The notes beneath the pieces were generated by a model, which did no database searches, was not told where the DNA came from, and worked only from the letters and a program-made list of their open reading frames with translations. Of a DNA stretch of 64,000 nt, positions 10,109 to 18,215 are shown in pieces (within the stretch, counting starts at the first letter, position 1; each line of letters starts with the position of its first letter). A program made the position numbers and the translations under genes. Location of the stretch: positions 186,001 to 250,000 of IMG/VR virus record IMGVR_UViG_3300043399_000272. One strand, written 5' to 3'.

Positions 10109-10314
10109 TGTACGATGATTTGACCCATAGGGTATTTCTAAAATGTCCAACTACAGACACAGATACAGTTGACAGGTGGTGTTACGAACATTTTGGTGAA
10201 CAGGGTGACAAATGGGATGCTTGGTTCGCAGATGATAGTCTCTGGAATTATGACCAAATTTATGCTTTCGTTAACCACGAAGATGCAGTACTTTTTACTC
10301 TAACTTGGGTATGA
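10105..10314 (+). CDS. array member (LRW-motif family)
   Basis: RWCYEHFGEQGDKW...YAFVNHEDAVLFTLTWV. Confidence 0.75.
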   Translation: MMYDDLTHRVFLKCPTTDTDTVDRWCYEHFGEQGDKWDAWFADDSLWNYDQIYAFVNHEDAVLFTLTWV

Positions 10315-10544
10315 GAAGATTACATTTTGATGGCTCTACTTGGCATGATACCAAACCCGGTTGGCATGAAATTGAATTGAATTTGAACGGTCAACCAAAA
10401 CGCTATCGTGAAATACTAGAATGGCTGTATAATACTATAGACAAGCCGGAAAGGCATTGTAGGTGGTTCCAAACGTCTGTTGGAATCAAAATTAAATTTA
10501 GGTACGAACGAGATTTTATTATCGCAACATTGAGGTGGACATGA
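10311..10544 (+). CDS. array member (LRW-motif family)
   Basis: EWLYNTI...IKFRYERDFIIATLRWT. Confidence 0.75.
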   Translation: MRRLHFDGSTWHDTKPGWHEIELNLNGQPKRYREILEWLYNTIDKPERHCRWFQTSVGIKIKFRYERDFIIATLRWT

Positions 10545-10894
10545 GAGTAGGTGTTTGGTATCGTACAGAATTACAACAACCCCCTAAGTCAGGTTACTAC
10601 CTTAGCTACAGAGGATGGGGTATCGCTGGCAAGGCAGATGACGACAGCGATTGGGGTTATGTCTATTACGATAAGAAAATAAATGAGTGGCGTGATTATC
10701 AAAATGTTAGCAGTAGCTATGCTATTGTCTATTACTGGACTGACGCTACGCCTGATGATTGGGTAAATCAAGACCCACCCGGTGTCACATTACATAAAGT
10801 AAAAGAAGAACACAATGTAGCACTGGAAGATGCGTGGAAGAAAGTTCAGGAGGCAATCGACCAGTACAACATGATTAAAGAGTTGGTGCGATGA
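10541..10894 (+). CDS. unrelated small protein inside the array (DUF551-like W..PP.SGYYL pattern)
   Basis: Coupled ATGA start; lacks the LRW motif. Confidence 0.6.
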   Translation: MRVGVWYRTELQQPPKSGYYLSYRGWGIAGKADDDSDWGYVYYDKKINEWRDYQNVSSSYAIVYYWTDATPDDWVNQDPPGVTLHKVKEEHNVALEDAWKKVQEAIDQYNMIKELVR

Positions 10895-11265
10895 CAATAC
10901 AATTACACGACTATCAATTGTGCGTTTTAGAACACTTAAAGGGATGGAAGCCGGGCGAAATGATGCTTATCTCTACTCCTAGACAAACTGGTAAAACTTA
11001 TCTCAATCAATTATTCGGTAAAATGAGTAACAGACAAATTTTTATGATGGGACCAGAACCTAAGTATAAATTCAGTCGTGCCAACTGGTATCAAGCAGAA
11101 TTTGACTGGCGAAAGTATGATGAAGTTGAAGAATGGTGCGAACAACAGTTTGGGCCGCACCCACAGAGACCAGATGCGTGGAGTCGCTGGTGGCATAAGT
11201 TTGAGAATAGCATTCTGTTCCGTGACGAAAAAGACTATGTATTGTTCATGTTGAGGTGGTCGTGA
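10891..11265 (+). CDS. array member with terminase-like P-loop fragment at N-terminus
   Basis: LHDYQ...PRQTGKT then EWCEQQFG...ILFRDEKDYVLFMLRWS. Confidence 0.75.
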   Translation: MTIQLHDYQLCVLEHLKGWKPGEMMLISTPRQTGKTYLNQLFGKMSNRQIFMMGPEPKYKFSRANWYQAEFDWRKYDEVEEWCEQQFGPHPQRPDAWSRWWHKFENSILFRDEKDYVLFMLRWS

Positions 11266-11507
11266 TGTTTATTCACACATACCAACAACAGGAGGATTGG
11301 AGAGATCCCGTACCCTGGTTTGTTGCTGCATTTACGACACCTAAGGAAAATCGTAAAGAGATTACCAAATGGTGTTACAAAACTTTTGGTGCCCCTAGTA
11401 TGAATCATCTTACTAAACAGATTCGTTGGAAAGATAGTATTCAATACGGTGAAATATATTTCAGTAATCAAAAAGACCTGGAGTGGTTTGTACTGAGGTG
11501 GTCATGA
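11265..11507 (+). CDS. array member (LRW-motif family)
   Basis: KWCYKTFG...IYFSNQKDLEWFVLRWS. Confidence 0.75.
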   Translation: MFIHTYQQQEDWRDPVPWFVAAFTTPKENRKEITKWCYKTFGAPSMNHLTKQIRWKDSIQYGEIYFSNQKDLEWFVLRWS

Positions 11508-11710
11508 CTATGCACAAAGTTGTTTATGCTCAAACTACAGATGGCACACTGTCTGCGTATCAGCGTAGCTATAAAGACCACCTAGTAGACGAATGGCTTA
11601 AAGAATATTGTAAAGGCCCTTACTATCATAACCCGGGCTGGACTACAGAAAAGTTTATTGAGTTTGAACGCAATGAAGATGCGTTTTGGTTTGCGTTAAG
11701 GTGGTGTTGA
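11504..11710 (+). CDS. array member (LRW-motif family)
   Basis: EWLKEYC...IEFERNEDAFWFALRWC. Confidence 0.75.
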   Translation: MTMHKVVYAQTTDGTLSAYQRSYKDHLVDEWLKEYCKGPYYHNPGWTTEKFIEFERNEDAFWFALRWC

Positions 11711-11952
11711 TGAATAACATTTCAGTTCATAATCTTATCGACAATCATATTATCAACTATCTTAGAGAGATTGATAAGCCCAGTAGAACATATTGGCCCT
11801 ATCTAATTCAGCTAAAATCTTGGGCTGACGTAAGCCCTGCTGAAAGATTCTGCTATACCCACTTCAAGAGTCGAAACTGGAGAAATATCAGCGCCGATTT
11901 TTATTTCAAACATAAAGAAGATTATGAATGGTTTATGTTAAGGTGGTCTTGA
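11710..11952 (+). CDS. array member (LRW-motif family)
   Basis: RFCYTHF...FYFKHKEDYEWFMLRWS. Confidence 0.75.
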   Translation: MNNISVHNLIDNHIINYLREIDKPSRTYWPYLIQLKSWADVSPAERFCYTHFKSRNWRNISADFYFKHKEDYEWFMLRWS

Positions 11953-12131
11953 TGGAAACAAATATTGTATATAGAGCTATGGCAGCAGGCAACTGGGATG
12001 AAAAAGTCGAATGGTGCAGAGAAAACTTGTATCCTGGAGGACACTATGAACCAAAATGGTATATGCGTTATCCTTGGATAGAATTTGATGATGAAAAAGA
12101 ATATATCTGGTTCAAGTTGAGGTGGGAATGA
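11952..12131 (+). CDS. array member (LRW-motif family)
   Basis: EWCRENL...IEFDDEKEYIWFKLRWE. Confidence 0.75.
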   Translation: METNIVYRAMAAGNWDEKVEWCRENLYPGGHYEPKWYMRYPWIEFDDEKEYIWFKLRWE

Positions 12132-12328
12132 GCCTAATTGACGATATCGATGATTTGATGTGGCCAGTATTTGTCAAGTTTGATAAAGCATTGGTTCCTG
12201 ACGAATGGTACGAACTAGATTGCTGGTGTAATCAGCAGTTTGGTAAAGATGGTTGGTGGCTTGAGAAAGGTGTCATGCGTCTTAGAAAAGAAGAACATGC
12301 TACAATATTCTTACTAAGATGGGGTTAA
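12128..12328 (+). CDS. array member (LRW-motif family)
   Basis: CWCNQQFGKDGWW...RLRKEEHATIFLLRWG. Confidence 0.75.
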   Translation: MSLIDDIDDLMWPVFVKFDKALVPDEWYELDCWCNQQFGKDGWWLEKGVMRLRKEEHATIFLLRWG

Positions 12329-12528
12329 TAGTTACAAAGTACATTTATGAAAATTTTGATACCGACGCCGCGGTAGAGTGGGCCATAGAAAATTGTCCTA
12401 GTTTTGAAAAGTACATGATAATAGAACTAGACTGGGAAGAAAAAGAAGATTTGGGTTGTTGGTTTAAATTTGAGGTATATTTTGGTGACGAAAAAGATGC
12501 AATGTTTTATTCATTGAGGTGGGCGTAA
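12319..12528 (+). CDS. array member (LRW-motif family)
   Basis: EWAIENC...VYFGDEKDAMFYSLRWA. Confidence 0.7.
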   Translation: MGLIVTKYIYENFDTDAAVEWAIENCPSFEKYMIIELDWEEKEDLGCWFKFEVYFGDEKDAMFYSLRWA

Positions 12529-12747
12529 TTGATTGAAGTGACATTAGAAGATAAATTACCTAGTGAGTTTTTAGAAATTGTTAGAGAAATTAAAGACAAA
12601 GGGTATGTTCAGGGAACTGACTTTGACTTTGCTTACCATCCACCCAAATTTGATAACTTTTCAGGGGATGCAGTGTATAATAGATGCGTCATATTCAAAT
12701 TTTATAAAGAAGAAATTGCAACATGGTTCAACCTAAAGTATCTTTGA
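12529..12747 (+). CDS. array member (LRW-motif family, LKY variant)
   Basis: FKFYKEEIATWFNLKYL; TTG start right after previous stop. Confidence 0.7.
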   Translation: MIEVTLEDKLPSEFLEIVREIKDKGYVQGTDFDFAYHPPKFDNFSGDAVYNRCVIFKFYKEEIATWFNLKYL

Positions 12748-12995
12748 TGGATGAAATAATCAAAGAAAAATTAGAAGAAATGGAAAAAAGTATAGACAAC
12801 GATGTGATGAGGTCTTGTCTAGTCGAAGGTGGATGGACAGAAATTAAATTTCATTATCACAGTGGTAAACACGCAGTTGATGTGTTAGAATGGTGCGGTG
12901 AAACGTTTAAAGAAAATCAATGGTCGAGACTGAATGGTTACTTTGTATTTCGCAAGAAAAAAGATGCTGAATGGTTTATGTTAAGGTGGCTATGA
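12747..12995 (+). CDS. array member with acidic N-terminal helix
   Basis: EEMEKSIDNDVMRSCL...EWCGETF...FVFRKKKDAEWFMLRWL. Confidence 0.75.
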   Translation: MDEIIKEKLEEMEKSIDNDVMRSCLVEGGWTEIKFHYHSGKHAVDVLEWCGETFKENQWSRLNGYFVFRKKKDAEWFMLRWL

Positions 12996-13333
12996 AAATC
13001 ATATGGGGAAGAAGCATAGGATGGAATATTTCCTATAATAATTACAGAAGCATACTGAAATACGCCGGCGATAATAATTTCGATATCACCCATAAAAATA
13101 TTAAAATGGAATATACTATAATAGAAAACGGTGCAGACTGCTATCCCTGGATGGAATACTTTGCGATATTACCTAGAAAAACAGTGACAGGTAAACGCAT
13201 ATGGTGGCAGAAAGCATATAAGCGTAAAGTATGGGTAGTGTGGGGCATAGGCTTTCACATGGAACCACATGTACAATATGCAACAGCCTTTGATTTGTTA
13301 ATGTATGACAACAACTATAACACTAAAAGGTAA
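12992..13333 (+). CDS. small protein, paralog of 32538-32762
   Basis: FAILPRKTVTGKRIWWQKAYKR...YATAFDLL. Confidence 0.65.
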   Translation: MKIIWGRSIGWNISYNNYRSILKYAGDNNFDITHKNIKMEYTIIENGADCYPWMEYFAILPRKTVTGKRIWWQKAYKRKVWVVWGIGFHMEPHVQYATAFDLLMYDNNYNTKR

Positions 13334-13526
13334 TTTAACTGGTGAACAAGAACAATGGCTCGCAAAGAATATCGGGCCTAGGATGCATTACATTCACAAT
13401 AGTATAGGTGGTCAAGGTTGGATAGCAAGACACGAATGGAAACCTGGAATGGTTTCTAAGTATTGGAATCTTTCTATTGAAGATGACCGTCTCGCTACAT
13501 TTTTTGTACTGATGTTCCCGCAATGA
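13305..13526 (+). CDS. array member (divergent)
   Basis: QWLAKNIG...GW...SIEDDRLATFFVLMF. Confidence 0.65.
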   Translation: MTTTITLKGNLTGEQEQWLAKNIGPRMHYIHNSIGGQGWIARHEWKPGMVSKYWNLSIEDDRLATFFVLMFPQ

Positions 13527-13867
13527 TAGAAAATCATCCTTTTAAAATTACAGAGTACGACAGGTTTGTAACTGTGACTTGGCCTGCTTTTCATGACATA
13601 CGAGACAAAATGACTAAAGTAAAATTAGTTGAGGCAGCATTTCAGCAATCTAAAGCAGTTGAGGTCGGGTTTGTATTAGAACTCAATAACAAAGAATATG
13701 ATATCATGTGGATCAATTCTTTTCTTAGTTTAACTCAAAATGATTATGTGCATTATGTACAAGACATGTATGTGATTAGAGGTGTTGCTTATAGAGATAA
13801 GCAAGACGCAGAAAAGTTATATAATTGGTTAGAAGGAAAGTATATATGGCAGCTATTAAAGGACTAG
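13523..13867 (+). CDS. hypothetical protein (possible divergent array member)
   Basis: VAYRDKQDAEKL. Confidence 0.6.
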   Translation: MIENHPFKITEYDRFVTVTWPAFHDIRDKMTKVKLVEAAFQQSKAVEVGFVLELNNKEYDIMWINSFLSLTQNDYVHYVQDMYVIRGVAYRDKQDAEKLYNWLEGKYIWQLLKD

Positions 13868-14100
13868 GAAGTTTTCAACCAATGATTGAGTATGTTGATG
13901 TGGTTCGTAATAACACGGATTACACCTCAAAGAAAACGTATATCCCTAAGCCCAATGATTCAGATGAACACATTAGATGGTGCCGCAGAAATTTAGGAGC
14001 TAGGGGTGATGGTTGGGACTTTGCAGGTTCTGGTAAAACGTTGACTATTTTTATTTGGTCACACAAATTGCAATTTATGTATGAAATGTGGCAACAATAG
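13825..14100 (+). CDS. array member (divergent)
   Basis: RWCRRNLGARGDGWDF...FMYEMW. Confidence 0.65.
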   Translation: MVRRKVYMAAIKGLGSFQPMIEYVDVVRNNTDYTSKKTYIPKPNDSDEHIRWCRRNLGARGDGWDFAGSGKTLTIFIWSHKLQFMYEMWQQ

Positions 14101-14924
14101 TGAAGAATAAAATAGGTATTGATATCGGCAAAACCAAAACTGAATGCTGTGTCATTTCACTTAACAACGAAGTGTTGTTTCGTGAAAGATTACCTACAGG
14201 TACCGTCTTTAATGAAATAAAAGAATTGTATCAAAAGGCTATCAAATACACAGATACAACGAATCACACCATCGGTGTGTGTATGCCGGGAAAATTAAGC
14301 AACGTTAGTGGGTTAATGATTAATTCTAGTATTGAATTTTTGAATAATACTGACTTTGTAAAAAATCTACAACTTGTTTTAAACCATGATTTTAAAACAG
14401 CAAATGATTCACAATGTTTTGCATTAGCAGAAGCATTACTAGGGGCAGGGAAAAATTATAATATTGTTTATGGCTTAATATTGGGCACTGGCGTGGGCGG
14501 GGGCATCGTAATAAACGGTAGAAGTACACAAAGCGAGTTTGGTCACACTAGTCTAGATAGTTCAAACAAAATACTATGTAGATGTAAGAGAATTGGTTGC
14601 GTTGAAACATGGCTCAGTGGCTCAGGTGTCGATGTATGGGCAAAAGAATTGTTAGGGATCGATATGTCTACTGTAGACTATATGAAAGATCCCAAAGTAA
14701 AGCAGATATACTTTGAAAAGTTTGGATTAGCTCTATCTAATTTAATTCAAACAGTTAATCCAGAATGTATTGTAATCGGTGGTGGAATCAGTAATAATAG
14801 TGAAGTATATTCCGTAGGTGTAGAGCGCATCAAACAAAAGTTGTTTGATGATGAATTGTCTATACCTGTAGTCAAAGCAGAACTAGGAGATAGTGCAGGC
14901 GTTATAGGTGCTGCACTTTTATAA
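14088..14924 (+). CDS. ROK-family sugar kinase
   Basis: GIDIGKT, NDSQCFALAE, LGTGVGGG, EFGH, CxC..GCxE Zn site, IGGG, AGVIGAA. Confidence 0.88.
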   Translation: MATIVKNKIGIDIGKTKTECCVISLNNEVLFRERLPTGTVFNEIKELYQKAIKYTDTTNHTIGVCMPGKLSNVSGLMINSSIEFLNNTDFVKNLQLVLNHDFKTANDSQCFALAEALLGAGKNYNIVYGLILGTGVGGGIVINGRSTQSEFGHTSLDSSNKILCRCKRIGCVETWLSGSGVDVWAKELLGIDMSTVDYMKDPKVKQIYFEKFGLALSNLIQTVNPECIVIGGGISNNSEVYSVGVERIKQKLFDDELSIPVVKAELGDSAGVIGAALL

Positions 14925-14926
14925 TT

Positions 14927-15496
14927 ATGGCAAATGATATAATGATTGACCTTGAAACACTTGACACGACACCGTATTGTGTAATTCTCACAATCGGTGC
15001 AGTCAGGTTCGATCCTAGAGGTCAAGGAGTGGTTGAACGATTAGAACTACGTCCTACGATTGAGGATCAAACAGAAATTCATAATAGAATAATTGATGAT
15101 GACACATTACGGTGGTGGTCTACACAGAGCCCTGATGCACTTGAAGAAGCATTGGGAGACAGGGGACGTACATCATTTAGAGAGTGCATGGAGGCCCTTT
15201 ATAAGTTTTGTTGGAACCGTCGTGCTGTTTGGGCTAATGGTTCTGCATTTGATATCGTAGCATGTGAAACAGGTATGCGTCAGACATTGACTGATTATCC
15301 TAATCCTATTCCGTGGCCATTCTGGACAGTTAGAGATACACGAACACTGTATGAAGTAGCAGGTGTTAGTTTGAAGGATAAGAAATACGGTAGCAAAACA
15401 ACGCACAAAGCAGTCGAAGATGCAGAACACCAAGCGATTGTTGTGCAAGACGCATACATGAAATTGATGAAAGCAGGATTGGCAACACCGCGATGA
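14927..15496 (+). CDS. DEDDh 3'-5' exonuclease (Rv2179c/exodeoxyribonuclease VIII-like)
   Basis: MIDLETL, WANGSAFD, RDTRT, HKAVEDA. Confidence 0.85.
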   Translation: MANDIMIDLETLDTTPYCVILTIGAVRFDPRGQGVVERLELRPTIEDQTEIHNRIIDDDTLRWWSTQSPDALEEALGDRGRTSFRECMEALYKFCWNRRAVWANGSAFDIVACETGMRQTLTDYPNPIPWPFWTVRDTRTLYEVAGVSLKDKKYGSKTTHKAVEDAEHQAIVVQDAYMKLMKAGLATPR

Positions 15497-15954
15497 AAAC
15501 ATACGGTGAATTATTACCTGGCTTAAAGATCATTGAACATACAAAGTACAATGATAATAGAGGTAATTTTTGTGAAACATGGAAGATAACAAATGATGGG
15601 ATGCGAGGATCGTTCCGTCAATTGAACACTGCAACATCTAAACAAAATGTCATTCGTGGTATGCACAGACAAGACCAATCTAAGTTGATTATGCCTGTTT
15701 ATGGTAGAATATTTGACGTTGCACTAGAACCTGAAACTGGTAAGTGGTTTGCGATTGAATTAGACAACACCTCAGGTTTATTAGTACCACCAGAATACGC
15801 ACACGGTTACATGACATTAACTGAAAACACGATAGTGCAGTATATTGTAGACATGCCCTATAATAAAGACGTTGAAGAAAATTTCAAATGGGATCAATAT
15901 AACATCGCTTGGCCAATCGTTGTTACACCCATACTATCAGAGAAAGACAAATGA
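15493..15954 (+). CDS. rmlC: dTDP-4-dehydrorhamnose 3,5-epimerase
   Basis: DNRGNFCE, RGMH, AHGY, ILSEKD cupin motifs. Confidence 0.85.
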   Translation: MKTYGELLPGLKIIEHTKYNDNRGNFCETWKITNDGMRGSFRQLNTATSKQNVIRGMHRQDQSKLIMPVYGRIFDVALEPETGKWFAIELDNTSGLLVPPEYAHGYMTLTENTIVQYIVDMPYNKDVEENFKWDQYNIAWPIVVTPILSEKDK

Positions 15955-16442
15955 AAGTAGGATTTAATTGTTCAAGTTTTGATTTGTTTCATGCTGGGCA
16001 TGTTACCATGCTTAAAATGGAAAAAAAGTTATGTGACTATCTAATTGTTGCACTTCAAGTTGATCCTACTATTGATAGGCCTGGCATCAAAAATAAACCT
16101 ACACAATCTGTCTATGAACGATACGTACAATTGCAGTCATGTAAATATGTAGACGAGATACTAGTATATTCTACCGAATATGACCTACTTCAATTATTGA
16201 TGACCCAAAAGATCGACATTCGTTTTTTGAGTGAAGAATATCTTAACAGAGATTTCACGGGCAAGCAATATTGCATTCAAAATGGAATCGAGTTATACTA
16301 TCACAAACGTGAACATGATTATAGTTCAACCGAGTTGCGTAACAGAATATATATGTTAGAAAAACTCAAGCGTGAAACAACTCAACCAGAAACAGAGATA
16401 CCGCAACACAGTCCTGAATTGGTTAAAAAGAATGAAATTTAA
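15951..16442 (+). CDS. cytidylyltransferase (TagD/glycerol-3-phosphate CTase-like)
   Basis: FDLFHAGH (HxGH), ER...SCKYVDE, SSTELR. Confidence 0.85.
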   Translation: MKVGFNCSSFDLFHAGHVTMLKMEKKLCDYLIVALQVDPTIDRPGIKNKPTQSVYERYVQLQSCKYVDEILVYSTEYDLLQLLMTQKIDIRFLSEEYLNRDFTGKQYCIQNGIELYYHKREHDYSSTELRNRIYMLEKLKRETTQPETEIPQHSPELVKKNEI

Positions 16443-17013
16443 TAGTGACATTGACATTGATTTTAGTAACCGTGATGATATACTAAAGCATATCAGGCAC
16501 ATACCTGCAGCCATGCGTAATGTTAATCCAATTCGTAAACATGCGACTGGAATCTATGTGACAGACATTCCATATGATGCAGTGAATGACATGGCTAACA
16601 TTGATTATGTAGAAGCAGAGGATCGTGGATATATTAAGTTAGATATGCTTAATGTGCATGTATATAATCAAGTCAAAGACGAAATGCACTTAATCGAGTT
16701 GATGCGTGAGCCTGACTGGAATAAGTTAAAAGATCGAGAATTTGTTGAAAAACTGATACACTTGTCAAATCACTACAATAGTCTTTGCAAAATGCCAGAA
16801 CCAGTTGACAGTATTCCTAGACTAGCTATGTTTTTGGCTATTATTCGTCCAGGAAAAAAGCATTTAATTGGTCTGCCCTGGAAAGAAGTAGCTAAAACTG
16901 TATGGGAAAAAGGAAGTGACGGGTATAGCTTCAAAAAAGCACATGCAATTGGGTATTCTTGGTTAGTAGCAGTTCATATGAACTTGCTTACAGAATCTTC
17001 TTCACAAGGGTAA
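16432..17013 (+). CDS. miniature DNA polymerase III alpha (DnaE), C-terminal catalytic half
   Basis: SDIDIDF, KHATGIYV, GYIKLDML, LAIIRPG and GYSFKKAHA occur in DnaE order within 193 aa. Confidence 0.85.
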   Translation: MKFNSDIDIDFSNRDDILKHIRHIPAAMRNVNPIRKHATGIYVTDIPYDAVNDMANIDYVEAEDRGYIKLDMLNVHVYNQVKDEMHLIELMREPDWNKLKDREFVEKLIHLSNHYNSLCKMPEPVDSIPRLAMFLAIIRPGKKHLIGLPWKEVAKTVWEKGSDGYSFKKAHAIGYSWLVAVHMNLLTESSSQG

Positions 17014-17377
17014 TTGATTTTCTTTTAGATTTCTTTTTACTGAGTTCAAGCATACTACATATAGGTCCGTGTAATACTGTCAAACTCTTATTGTTAAATG
17101 TTCTTAAGTAGGGCTTAAAGATAGCCCAGTCTTCTTTTAGAAACATATTAATGGGTACTAATCTGTTTGATTCCCACCACCAAACATCCCCTAATAACAA
17201 AAATTGCTCTCTTAACTCTTGTTGTGCTATAGATCCATAATCATATATAGTGGTGACTAAATCATCACGGTTTTGTACTATACCAACATAATCTTGGCCA
17301 GCATAGGAACAAACGGTGATGAATGGGTGATTTTCTGTTAGTTTTTTAAAGAAATCGTTATGAAGCATAAAAATCAA
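16988..17377 (-). CDS. hypothetical protein (late)
   Basis: 129 aa ORF; GATAAATA on minus strand at 17386-17393. Confidence 0.7.
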   Translation of the reverse strand: MIFMLHNDFFKKLTENHPFITVCSYAGQDYVGIVQNRDDLVTTIYDYGSIAQQELREQFLLLGDVWWWESNRLVPINMFLKEDWAIFKPYLRTFNNKSLTVLHGPICSMLELSKKKSKRKSITLVKKIL

Positions 17378-17417
17378 TTACCAAATATTTATCAAATCTC
17401 GTTACCCAATATATTTT

Positions 17418-17425
17418 TATAAATA
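17418..17425 (+). promoter_or_regulatory. T4-type late promoter TATAAATA (divergent pair with 17386-17393)
   Basis: Exact T4 gp55 consensus upstream of a structural-type gene. Confidence 0.7.
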
Positions 17426-17442
17426 TATAAAAGGAGCAAACT

Positions 17443-18213
17443 GTGTATTCAACAAGTGTTTATTTTTATATCCCAAGACAAACTGTTGTGGTTTACAGTG
17501 GCAATTCTACTAGGAGGTATGCGATTGTGTATGCTAAGAATCTAACATTGAACAAGGGCGTGGATAATAAAATCCAATTTCAGTTCTTAAACCAAGAACA
17601 AAAACCATTTGATATTACAGGTAAGAGTATTACCTTTAGACTATTAGATGAAAGTGGAAGTGAAATCTTATTGCAAAAAGGAGTATTACCTACACTAGCT
17701 TTAAAGGGAATATGTGAATTAACAACTACTGCAAGCGAAATTGAAGATATTAACCCACAGTATTGTTCATATAGTTTAGAAATCTCTGATAATGATTATG
17801 ATCTTCCGGTATTTGTTAGTTCAGAAGCCTCTGCAAGAGGGGCAGTTAGTGTTGTAGACAGTGTGTTTCCTAGTTTTGTTCCTGCAATAAATGTAGAAAT
17901 CCCCACACATTTGTTGCCTAATACTATCGCTAATACAAGCACTGTAAATTATTCAACTAGCATTATTAACACCAAAGATAATCCTATGCTAAGTATTCAG
18001 TGCTATCTTGACAGCTATAGTGGTACTGTCGAGATATATGGATCCACTATTTATAGCCCGGATTTGTCTGCAATAGGATATCAAATATCCAATAATGGTC
18101 CTTATACCACTGAATCTGGTTCTAAAGGCTATAGTATTTCAGGATATCACCCGTATGTGCAATTAAAATTTACCAGCACTGAGGGTAATGTCACCAAAGT
18201 ATTAGCCAGATAA
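17443..18213 (+). CDS. putative virion structural protein (Ig-like/beta-sandwich)
   Basis: Late promoter; S/T/Y-rich; C-terminal domain resembles 62368-62724. Confidence 0.55.
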   Translation: MYSTSVYFYIPRQTVVVYSGNSTRRYAIVYAKNLTLNKGVDNKIQFQFLNQEQKPFDITGKSITFRLLDESGSEILLQKGVLPTLALKGICELTTTASEIEDINPQYCSYSLEISDNDYDLPVFVSSEASARGAVSVVDSVFPSFVPAINVEIPTHLLPNTIANTSTVNYSTSIINTKDNPMLSIQCYLDSYSGTVEIYGSTIYSPDLSAIGYQISNNGPYTTESGSKGYSISGYHPYVQLKFTSTEGNVTKVLAR

Positions 18214-18215
18214 TA

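Noticed and set aside
8711-14100. Array interpreted as CRISPR, DGR or a true integron
   Set aside because: There are no fixed-length repeats with spacers, no reverse transcriptase or adenine-specific TR/VR pair, and no tyrosine integrase or attC palindromes in the window; the repeats are protein-coding motifs.
16432-17013. Split-intein trans-splicing of the DnaE halves
   Set aside because: Neither half has intein termini (no C/S-start N-intein after the N-half, no HN-C/S/T junction before DIDID).
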